Positions 17,667 through 25,990 of a DNA stretch of 31,482 nt are shown here, one piece after another. This stretch comes from Promethearchaeota archaeon. GTDB taxonomy: Archaea > Asgardarchaeota > Lokiarchaeia > Sigyniarchaeales > SOKP01. Location: positions 1 to 31,482 of the forward strand of contig JBHLMQ010000037.1 in NCBI GenBank assembly GCA_048938005.1, given 5' to 3'. The stretch's first letter is position 1. Every line of letters begins with the position of its first letter. The notes beneath the pieces were generated by a model, which was not told the origin of the DNA, did not search any database, and saw only the letters and a list, made by a program, of their open reading frames with translations. Made by a program: the position numbers and the translations under genes.

Positions 17667-20027
17667 ATGAATGAACGAATAAAGAAGCTACGAACACAAA
17701 GTCGTGAAGCAATTCCTTATCTTTCTTTAGAACGTGCATTATTATTAACAGAATTTTATGAAACTGGCGCAGCACATAAATATTCTGCCCCAGTTGCTAG
17801 AGCAAAAGCGTTTAAGTATTTAATGGAAAATAAAAAAATTTGTATTAATGAAGGGGAATTAATTGTAGGGGAACGTGGCCCAGAACCCAAAGCAACATCT
17901 ACTTATCCTGAAGTATGTTGCCACAGTTTACAAGATTTAGACATTCTAAATACTCGTGATAAAACTTCCTTTAAAATATCTGAAGATACAAGACAAAAAA
18001 CAAAGGATATTATTATTCCATTTTGGAAAGGAAGATCTATTCGTGATAAAATCTTTTCTCAAGTTGATGATGAATGGATTGATGCATATAAAGCAGGGAT
18101 TTTCACAGAATTTATGGAACAGAGGGCACCTGGACATACTGTTGGAGGGAAAAATTTATGGGAAAAAGGATTTTTAGATTTTAAACGAGAAATAAAAGAA
18201 AACATAGAGAAATTAGACTTTTACAACGATCCTGAAGCATTTAATAAAAGAGAACAGTTATTAGCTATGAATATCGCTGCTGACGCGATAATTAATTTTG
18301 CTGAACGCTATGCTCAAGAAGCCAAATCTCTCGCTATCAATGAATCAGATCCAAAAAGAAAGGAAGAGCTAGAGAAAATATATCAGATATGTTGCCATGT
18401 CCCTGCTCAAGCTCCCAGAACGTTTTGGGAGGCACTCCAACATTATTGGTTCATTCATTTAGGTGTTATAACTGAATTTAATACGTGGGATTCTTTCAAT
18501 CCGGGACGCTTAGATCAACACCTATATCCATTTTATGTCAAGGATGTTGCTAATTGTATATTAACAGAGGAAAAGGCGCATGAATTACTCCAAGCTTTTT
18601 GGGTAAAGTTTAACAACCAACCTGCCCCTCCTAAAGTTGGTGTTACAGCAGAAGAAAGTAATACCTATATTGATTTTTGCAACATTAATATCGGGGGCCT
18701 TAAAGAAGATGGTTCTGATGGAGTAAATGAAATATCTTATATGCTTTTAGATGTAATTGAAGATATGATAATTGTCCAACCAAGTAGTAATGTTCAGATT
18801 AGTAAGAAGACACCAGATAAATTTTTACATCGGGCGCTCGAAATAATCAAAATTGGTTTTGGACAACCATCAGTTTTCAATGCTGACGCAATAGTTCAAG
18901 AATTAACCAGACAAGGTAAATCCATAATAGATGCTCGAAATGGTGGAGCAAGTGGTTGCGTTGAATCTGGTGCTTTTGGAAAAGAAGCTTATATATTAAC
19001 AGGATATTTTAATTTAGTAAAAATCCTTGAAATTACACTTCATAATGGTTTTGATCCCTTAACTAAAAAACAGATTGGATTGAAAACTGGTGATCCTACG
19101 ACTTTTAATACTTTTGAAGATTTTTTTAAAGCTTATACAAGACAAGTTAGACATTTTATAGATATAAAAATTAAAGGAAATCAAATAATTGAACGTATTT
19201 GGGCACAAAATCCCGCTCCTTTCCTTTCTATCTTGATCGATGATTGTATTAAAAATGGGAAGGACTATAATGATGGTGGAGCTAAATATAATACATCTTA
19301 CATTCAAATTGTAGGAATGGGCAGTATAACTGATTGTTTAACTTCTATAAAGTATAATGTATATGATAAAAAAATTATATCTATGGAAGAATTGATAAAA
19401 ATCTTAGATAATAATTTTGAAGGATTTGAGAGTATTCGTCAAAAATTAATCTATAGAACCCCTAAATACGGGAATGACAATGATTATGCGGATTCCATAA
19501 CCACTCAAGTTTTTGATATTGTTTATGATGCAATTAATAATCGCCCTAATACTAAAGGTGGCGTTCATCGAATTAACCTTCTCCCTACAACAGTTCATAT
19601 CTATTTCGGTAAAGTAACGGATGCCACTCCAGATGGACGTAAGGCATACACTCCTCTTTCAGAAGGTATCTCTCCGGTTCAAGGAATGGATATTAATGGC
19701 CCAACTGCTGTTATTAAATCTGCAGCAAAAATTGATCATCTTCGAACAGGAGGAACATTATTGAATCAAAAGTTTACACCTAACTTACTATCAAATGAAG
19801 AGGGGATTACTAAATTAGCACATTTAATAAGAGCATATTTTCAAATGAATGGCCATCATATCCAATTTAATGTGGTCTCAGCAGATACTTTACGGGCTGC
19901 TCAGAAAAGTCCAGAAAAATATAGAAATTTAATTGTGCGAGTTGCAGGATATAGTGACTATTTCGTTAATTTAGGCTCCGATTTACAAGATGAAATTATA
20001 AGAAGAACAGAACATGCTACGATTTGA
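17667..20027 (+). CDS. hypD: Glycyl radical enzyme, trans-4-hydroxy-L-proline dehydratase-like
   Basis: RVAGYS glycyl loop and SGCVE Cys loop. Segments I recall from HypD are present: TYPExCCH, FTEFMEQRAPGHTV, WDxFxPGRLDQ, KFNNQPAPPKVG, ESxTYxDF, EAYxLTGY, LPTTxH. Confidence 0.85.
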   Translation: MNERIKKLRTQSREAIPYLSLERALLLTEFYETGAAHKYSAPVARAKAFKYLMENKKICINEGELIVGERGPEPKATSTYPEVCCHSLQDLDILNTRDKTSFKISEDTRQKTKDIIIPFWKGRSIRDKIFSQVDDEWIDAYKAGIFTEFMEQRAPGHTVGGKNLWEKGFLDFKREIKENIEKLDFYNDPEAFNKREQLLAMNIAADAIINFAERYAQEAKSLAINESDPKRKEELEKIYQICCHVPAQAPRTFWEALQHYWFIHLGVITEFNTWDSFNPGRLDQHLYPFYVKDVANCILTEEKAHELLQAFWVKFNNQPAPPKVGVTAEESNTYIDFCNINIGGLKEDGSDGVNEISYMLLDVIEDMIIVQPSSNVQISKKTPDKFLHRALEIIKIGFGQPSVFNADAIVQELTRQGKSIIDARNGGASGCVESGAFGKEAYILTGYFNLVKILEITLHNGFDPLTKKQIGLKTGDPTTFNTFEDFFKAYTRQVRHFIDIKIKGNQIIERIWAQNPAPFLSILIDDCIKNGKDYNDGGAKYNTSYIQIVGMGSITDCLTSIKYNVYDKKIISMEELIKILDNNFEGFESIRQKLIYRTPKYGNDNDYADSITTQVFDIVYDAINNRPNTKGGVHRINLLPTTVHIYFGKVTDATPDGRKAYTPLSEGISPVQGMDINGPTAVIKSAAKIDHLRTGGTLLNQKFTPNLLSNEEGITKLAHLIRAYFQMNGHHIQFNVVSADTLRAAQKSPEKYRNLIVRVAGYSDYFVNLGSDLQDEIIRRTEHATI

Positions 20028-20127
20028 TACTAAAACTTTTTATCTTTAATATTTAATTTCATTTATTTTTAGAAAAATTTCAAAATCTTCATTTTTAAAG
20101 TTTAAGAGCCTTTTTTTCATAGAAAGA

Positions 20128-20158
20128 AAATATATGTACTTATTCAGTACATATATTT
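20128..20158. promoter_or_regulatory. Operator-like palindrome 1 (perfect 13-bp arms, 5-nt spacer)
   Basis: AAATATATGTACT-tattc-AGTACATATATTT; overlaps the BRE/TATA region. Confidence 0.75.
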
Positions 20159-20163
20159 ATAAA
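20156..20163 (+). promoter_or_regulatory. Archaeal TATA box for the GTPase-RHH gene
   Basis: TTTATAAA, about 70-85 nt upstream of the start codons at 20234/20246. Confidence 0.55.
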
Positions 20164-20179
20164 TGAATATTTCTTTAAT

Positions 20180-20210
20180 AATTATAGGTACTTGATCGGT
20201 ACATATAATT
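20180..20210. promoter_or_regulatory. Operator-like palindrome 2 (11/13 arms, 5-nt spacer)
   Basis: AATTATAGGTACT-tgatc-GGTACATATAATT; same GTAC-N7-GTAC core as palindrome 1; covers the expected transcription start. Confidence 0.7.
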
Positions 20211-20233
20211 CAATATAAAAATAAAAAATTGAG

Positions 20234-21016
20234 TTGATAAACAAAATGAGTAAAGAAAAATTTGAAGATATATTTAAAATTGTAGTTTTTGGAGCATCTG
20301 GCGTTGGTAAAACTACGTTGCTTAAACAATTTTCTGATAAACCTCTCCATGAAGATACAGCTCAAACAGTAGGTGTAGATTTTTTTATTAAAAGTGTAAA
20401 TGTTGATGGAAAGGATTATAAACTTCAGTTTTGGAATATTATTGATGATGAAAAATTTGGATCACTTCAAACACTATATTACACGGGTGCATCAGCAGTC
20501 TTTTTGGTATTTGATTTATCTAGACCAGAAACTTTTGATTATTATCAAACCAATTTTGAAAAAGTCTGGAATCAGATCAAACTAGATAAATGCCCTGTGC
20601 TTTTAATTGGAAATAAACGTGATTTAGTTGAGAATCTGGAAACAATTGATAGGGAAAGATATCGTGAATTTGTTAAAAAAGAAGGTTTATTGGGATATAT
20701 TGAATTAACTTCCATGAATAAGATTGATGATCTAATAAACCATATTCCCATTATTATTCAAAAAGCTCGAAAAAAAAGTTATCAAGTCAAATTTTTAGTA
20801 AATAGTAAAGAATTAGAAGACATTAAAAAATATGCTCGGCTTTCACATCAAAAACAATCTGAATTCATTCGCACAGCAATATGGGAAAAAATTAGACTGA
20901 TAGATGCTCCATCAATTATTAAGAGTAAAAATAAGAAAAAAAATATTGAAGAAAACAAATTAAGTTCAGAGGAATTAAAAAGAATTCGAGAATTATTAGA
21001 AAAGCTAAAACAGTAA
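20234..21016 (+). CDS. Rab-like GTPase (degenerate G3) fused to a predicted ribbon-helix-helix domain and C-terminal coiled coil
   Basis: G1 GASGVGKTT, G2 TVGVDF, YYTGA, G4 GNKRD; G3 reads WNIIDD. Residues 181-222 (KSYQVKFLVNSKELEDIKKYARLSHQKQSEFIRTAIWEKIRL) fit the CopG/Arc RHH pattern. Likely start is ATG 20246. Confidence 0.85.
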   Translation: MINKMSKEKFEDIFKIVVFGASGVGKTTLLKQFSDKPLHEDTAQTVGVDFFIKSVNVDGKDYKLQFWNIIDDEKFGSLQTLYYTGASAVFLVFDLSRPETFDYYQTNFEKVWNQIKLDKCPVLLIGNKRDLVENLETIDRERYREFVKKEGLLGYIELTSMNKIDDLINHIPIIIQKARKKSYQVKFLVNSKELEDIKKYARLSHQKQSEFIRTAIWEKIRLIDAPSIIKSKNKKKNIEENKLSSEELKRIRELLEKLKQ

Positions 21017-21051
21017 GAATTATTAAAAGTAGAATAGATCTATTTTATTTT

Positions 21052-21822
21052 TTAAAAAATAAAAGGAATAAGCGCTTTACGATTTTTAGGATAATCAGGA
21101 AATGTTTTAATATACCACTGATGATGGGAACGAGCTCTAGGCGCAAGATTTGCGAATGTCCAAGCAGCAAAAATGAGTCCTGGAAAAGACCACGTCATTA
21201 ATGCCCAGCCTGTCCATTCTATAATCTCTCCGAGATAGGTTGGGCTACTTACATATTTAAACATCCCTCCATATGGGATTTTATATTCAGTTTCACTAGG
21301 TTTACGTAGATTATGAATTATGAGATCTGAGTGGAAATTAATAACATATCCACAAAAGTATGTTATAACGCCTAAAATAAATATTGGGCTAAATAACCAA
21401 ATTATTAGATAAGGGGGAGAAAAATTGTAGATCCATCTTGCCTGTAAATATGCGTTAATACCATTAAAGATAAATCCCATTAATATAATAGAAATAGGCA
21501 TTGGTTGCTTTCCACGAATTAACAATGGAAATATAAAGGTTCGTCGAAAGTAATGGAACATCCAAAAAAACAAGAATACCAGAGGAACAACTTCAGTTTT
21601 TCGATCACTTATAAAGTAAAAGATAAAATAGATGATTATAGTTGGTATTTCCATAACAAACCAACCGAGCTTGTTGTTTCTTATTGCAGGGCCCCATTTC
21701 TTGTTTATGTGTTGACCATAACCAGCAGTGATAAAAGATAAAACTATGAAGAATATTATTGAGGATAAACCAAAACCTATCATTAATGTAGTAAAAATAT
21801 AAAACTCATCCATTATTATCAA
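21052..21822 (-). CDS. Steroid 5-alpha-reductase family (SRD5A/DET2-like) membrane reductase
   Basis: GYG, WFVMEIP, HYFRR, HSDLIIHNLRKP, YKIPYGGMFKYVSSPxYLGEIIEW, NLAPRARSHHQWY; multiple TM helices; likely start ATG 21813. Confidence 0.92.
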   Translation of the reverse strand: MIIMDEFYIFTTLMIGFGLSSIIFFIVLSFITAGYGQHINKKWGPAIRNNKLGWFVMEIPTIIIYFIFYFISDRKTEVVPLVFLFFWMFHYFRRTFIFPLLIRGKQPMPISIILMGFIFNGINAYLQARWIYNFSPPYLIIWLFSPIFILGVITYFCGYVINFHSDLIIHNLRKPSETEYKIPYGGMFKYVSSPTYLGEIIEWTGWALMTWSFPGLIFAAWTFANLAPRARSHHQWYIKTFPDYPKNRKALIPFIF

Positions 21823-21948
21823 TTCTGCTATTTAATCTTGATTCTAAAGCCACAACTTAAAGATTATAGAAATTTTCTTTTTATCATCCTTATATCATTT
21901 GAAATCTCCAATAAATTTTTAACTTTTCTACCTTTTAAAATATATAAT

Positions 21949-22710
21949 ATGAGTAGAGACAGTCAATTAAGAAAGCTACTTCAAACAGGTGCTCTCCGTG
22001 GAATAATATTTGATTTTGATGGTACTCTTCTTGATATAAGAGAAATCCTTGAAAAATCGATCGAAGAAGTTCTTGCTGATAAAAATGTAAATGTGGATAT
22101 GGAAACTACAATACAAGAAATAGGGGCTTTATTAGAAACCATTCAAGGATATCCATTACCAAAAGTGTTACTTGAATCATATGAGATATTCAACCATATA
22201 ACTGCTCTTAATGGTTTAACTTATTTTAAAAAATTAAGAATCGCAGTAAATATTTTTGCTAAATATTTGGAATACGCGAAAGAGGCTTCTTTTTTTCCAG
22301 GTGCGAAAACGCTTTTAGAAAAACTTGGCAAATCTAGTGATCTTTTCATTATTTCTCATAACAAAACAGAAACAATAATGGAACATTTAGAAAAAGAAGG
22401 GCTCAATGGTGACTATTTTAAAGGTGTTTATGGAAGTGATAAAATTCCTGTCCAAAAACCAGATCCTATGGCACTTCAACCAGCTTTAGAAAACTATAAA
22501 AAACGTCGTAGAGATGAATTTGTAATGATAGGTGATATGCCATCAGATATAAGTGCTGGTCGAGATGCTGGATTTTGGACGATTGCAGTAGCAAGTGGAG
22601 TCAGTAAAAGACAAATACTTGCTGAATGTCAACCAGATCTATTACTTAATTCTATTAATGAATTAATAGAGTTATTAGAAAAAAAATCACTAACAGAATC
22701 GAGCTCTTAG
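21949..22710 (+). CDS. HAD-superfamily phosphatase
   Basis: Motif I FDFDGTL, motif II ISHN, KPDP, motif IV MIGDMPSD. ATG 21949 is preferred over the TTG at 21838, which runs through the divergent promoter region. Confidence 0.9.
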   Translation: MSRDSQLRKLLQTGALRGIIFDFDGTLLDIREILEKSIEEVLADKNVNVDMETTIQEIGALLETIQGYPLPKVLLESYEIFNHITALNGLTYFKKLRIAVNIFAKYLEYAKEASFFPGAKTLLEKLGKSSDLFIISHNKTETIMEHLEKEGLNGDYFKGVYGSDKIPVQKPDPMALQPALENYKKRRRDEFVMIGDMPSDISAGRDAGFWTIAVASGVSKRQILAECQPDLLLNSINELIELLEKKSLTESSS

Positions 22711-22938
22711 GAATAAAAAAGAGACATGACTTTAAGGGTGAGGCTTTTATTTCTAAATTTAGGAGATAATTCTCATAAAATGGCTTTAACAAGAACTATT
22801 AAGATTAAAAATGATCATACTTTTTCACGTATTACTCTAACCATTAATTTTTTATATAAACGAGTCTTTAAGTAAAATTAATTCAGCTGAAAATATCGTT
22901 TTTTTATTAAATTTTCACGCTTTTTTTAATAACATTTA

Positions 22939-24615
22939 GTGAAAACAATGGAACTTGAAAAAATAGAAAAAAAAGGAGTAGAAACTGCCCGAGAGCTCGA
23001 TCTCAAGAAAAACATCGAAGAAAAAATGCAGGAAGAACTGAAATACGAAAAACGACATCAAGATTGGACCTATAAGATTATGAAATTCAACCCTATAGAT
23101 CCTTTAAATGACTTGTATCGATATATAATTAAAAGATTGGATTTAAAGCCAATAGAAGGACGTTTACAATGGTGGGCTGCTTATATTTATATTAAATGGG
23201 CTGTTAGAACTTTCTGGAACTTCAAAGCAGAATATCCGAAAGGAAATATGTTTCCAGAATATGGCCCAGGTATTTTGGTGGGCAATCATGAGTCACATAT
23301 TGACCCATTCTTCTATGGTGCTGCATGTCATCGCAGAATACGCTATATGAGTAAACTAGACAATTTTAAAACTCCTATTGTTAAAACTCTTTTCAATAAT
23401 CTTGGAGCTTTTAAAGTAGATCGTGAAAATCCAGAACGAGGTTGGCAAAAGGCAAAAGAAATCATCCAAGGTGGAGAGTGGGTAGGGATTTTTCCCGAAG
23501 GTACACGGTCTCAGGATGGAGAACTGGGTGAATTTAAAACTGGAGCTGTCCGATTGGCAATCGAGATGAATGTTCCAATTGTTCCTATGGCCGTAATAGG
23601 CTCGATGAATGCGCTCCCTAAGGGCAAGTTAGTAATGAAACCCGCTCAAGTAATAGTGCGTGTTGGTGATCCAATTTATTATTATGATTATGATATTAAT
23701 ACTGTTTCTTATGATGATATTATTCGATTAACTGATGAATTGAGGAATGTTGTTTGGGAATTACGGGAAGGTCTTTATGGAAAGGAAGAAGAGGAAGAAC
23801 TTTCCATTGGTTCACCAGAAGAAGTTGTTAAGGAACCTAAATTTAACTTTATGAGTTATTTGAAAGATCAGGGGAAGGGAATTCTTAGGCTCATTGATGA
23901 TTCTTGGTATGCTCTATTGAAGAGTTTAGAAGAATTTGGAGTGCGAAGGCAATTTCAGAAAACAGTAATGACTTTCTCGGGAGAATTAGTTGATGCATGG
24001 TCGAATCTGATGATGCCATATAGAGCAATAGACTTTGAGAAATATATGCCAGAAGAAGGTGGTGTTCTTATTTGCCCAAGTCATAATTCTGAATGGGATG
24101 TACTCATACTGGCTACAACCTTGATCCATCACCCTCCAAGGCGAGTGATGTGGCAAATGGCAAAACAATCACTTTTTAAAATTCCACTTGTTAATGCATG
24201 GGTAAGAAATCATCATGCTTTTCCATTAAAACGAGGGATGCATGATGTGGATTCTTATAAATTTGCAAGAGAACTTCTTGAACAGGGGGAAGTAGTTTGT
24301 ACTTACCCTGAAGGAACGACCAATCCTGGGGGTGGTCAACTTTTAGAGGGTCATACTGGTCCCATGCGGTTAGCTATAGAAACACAGGTACCGATAATTC
24401 CGATCGGAATTACGGGCACTGAGCAAACGTACCCTAAACACGCGAAAATGTTGAAATTTTATAAAGGTCAAATACTAAGATGTGGTCCCCCATTCATGGA
24501 GCATCAACAATATTGGGGCAAGCCAGTGCCGGATTATGATGAACTTAAGAGATTAACAGCCAATATGATGGATCGGATCAGGGATTTACTTTATTATGAT
24601 ACTCCTGATGTATGA
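22939..24615 (+). CDS. Tandem double lysophospholipid acyltransferase (PlsC-PlsC)
   Basis: Domain 1: NHESHID, GAFKVDR, FPEGTRS, VPIVP. Domain 2: SHNSEWD, AFPLKR, YPEGTT, VPIIP. Both Hx4D catalytic motifs are intact. Confidence 0.92.
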   Translation: MKTMELEKIEKKGVETARELDLKKNIEEKMQEELKYEKRHQDWTYKIMKFNPIDPLNDLYRYIIKRLDLKPIEGRLQWWAAYIYIKWAVRTFWNFKAEYPKGNMFPEYGPGILVGNHESHIDPFFYGAACHRRIRYMSKLDNFKTPIVKTLFNNLGAFKVDRENPERGWQKAKEIIQGGEWVGIFPEGTRSQDGELGEFKTGAVRLAIEMNVPIVPMAVIGSMNALPKGKLVMKPAQVIVRVGDPIYYYDYDINTVSYDDIIRLTDELRNVVWELREGLYGKEEEEELSIGSPEEVVKEPKFNFMSYLKDQGKGILRLIDDSWYALLKSLEEFGVRRQFQKTVMTFSGELVDAWSNLMMPYRAIDFEKYMPEEGGVLICPSHNSEWDVLILATTLIHHPPRRVMWQMAKQSLFKIPLVNAWVRNHHAFPLKRGMHDVDSYKFARELLEQGEVVCTYPEGTTNPGGGQLLEGHTGPMRLAIETQVPIIPIGITGTEQTYPKHAKMLKFYKGQILRCGPPFMEHQQYWGKPVPDYDELKRLTANMMDRIRDLLYYDTPDV

Positions 24616-24635
24616 GTTATTGAGGAATTAACTAA

Positions 24636-25703
24636 ATGGAAACAAGTGAGCAGCCGAGCAAAAAAAAAATAAAAGTTGGAATTCCACGAGCTCTTCACTT
24701 TTATAGGTATTTTCCTTTTTGGAAGAAATTACTTGAAGAATTAGAGGTTGAACTCGTTCTAAGTCCACCAACTAATAAAAAAATCGTTGAAGAAGGCGTA
24801 ACACATGGATTCGGAGAGCTTTGTATCCCCGTAAAGATATATTATGGTCAAGTATTAAAATTAGTAAGAGACAATCCAGATTTGGATTATATTTTTGTTC
24901 CGAGGTATGTAGCAGAAGTAAAAGAGGCTTACTTTTGTCCTAAATTTTTATCATTGCCTGATCTTATTAAAATTTTGCCAAATGTCCCTAAAATATTAAA
25001 TTTTGAAGTAAATGTGAAGGAGTTTCCTATCGCAACTTCAGCAATCGAGCTTGGAAAGGAATTAGGTAAGAATCAAAATCAGTCATTAAAAGCTTATAGA
25101 GAAGCTCAAAACTACTTTGATGAATATCACAAATTTTTGAGAGATGGAGCTTCAGTTAACCATGCTCTACGATTAGTAGAAAGAAATCGTCCATTTAATT
25201 TACCTAAGAGGAAGTATAAAGGTGACATTAAATTCTTACTTTTAGGTCATGCTTATAATATTTTTGACACCTTTATTAATTTAGATTTCCAGAAAAAATT
25301 AAGAGATCAAGGTGTCAGGGTTATTACTATCGAAAATTTACCTGAATCGTTGTTTAAAGAACCAGTGATAATAAATCCAAAAGGAGGGCGACTTCGAAAT
25401 TACTGGAAACATGAAGAAGAAATTCTAGCAGCAATGCGATATTTCTTGAAAGAAGGTCGTAAAGAAATAGATGGAGTAGTTTTCCTTATAAGTTTTGCTT
25501 GTGGGCCTGATAGTCTTATCTCCGAATTAATCAAGCATGATATGAAAGTTGTGGGATTACCTTTCCTGGAAATTATTATGGATGAACATTCTGGAGAGGC
25601 GGGGCTCCTAACTAGAGTTGAATCCTTTGTGGAAATGGTTCGGAGGAAAAAAAAGAAGTTAGCATTGGATTCAAAAAAGACTTCTGCTGTCAAAACTTTA
25701 TGA
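24636..25703 (+). CDS. DUF2229 / 2-hydroxyacyl-CoA dehydratase-like Fe-S reductase subunit
   Basis: KVGIPRAL, ELCIPVKIYYG, YFCPKF, LLGHAYN, SFACGPD, DEHSGEAGLLTRVESF; GAGGA SD-like site, 20 nt after the plsC stop. Confidence 0.85.
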   Translation: METSEQPSKKKIKVGIPRALHFYRYFPFWKKLLEELEVELVLSPPTNKKIVEEGVTHGFGELCIPVKIYYGQVLKLVRDNPDLDYIFVPRYVAEVKEAYFCPKFLSLPDLIKILPNVPKILNFEVNVKEFPIATSAIELGKELGKNQNQSLKAYREAQNYFDEYHKFLRDGASVNHALRLVERNRPFNLPKRKYKGDIKFLLLGHAYNIFDTFINLDFQKKLRDQGVRVITIENLPESLFKEPVIINPKGGRLRNYWKHEEEILAAMRYFLKEGRKEIDGVVFLISFACGPDSLISELIKHDMKVVGLPFLEIIMDEHSGEAGLLTRVESFVEMVRRKKKKLALDSKKTSAVKTL

Positions 25704-25990
25704 ATAAACGATCATTCAATTACTTCACACAAATTATAATAAACTAAAAAGAGCTGTATTCTTTTTTTATTAAATTTAAATAAATTTTTTAATAATCAAT
25801 ATTATTTTAAAGTCTCTCACTGATAAATAAAATTTTTTTGTTTAAATAGATGGAGATAGTAAGAGTTCTAATAAGCTTAATCGAATAATATGAGTAATCA
25901 TATTTTTTGTGGTATAATATTTAAATATTTAGCTATAATTTTATTTTCTTATTTATTTAAATCAATCAATATCTAAGTAAAACAAAAAAA

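Noticed and set aside
25700-25990. Remnant of a missing partner gene after the DUF2229 subunit
   Set aside because: The ATG overlapping the stop gives only 15 codons with no similarity; the rest looks like AT-rich terminator/promoter sequence.
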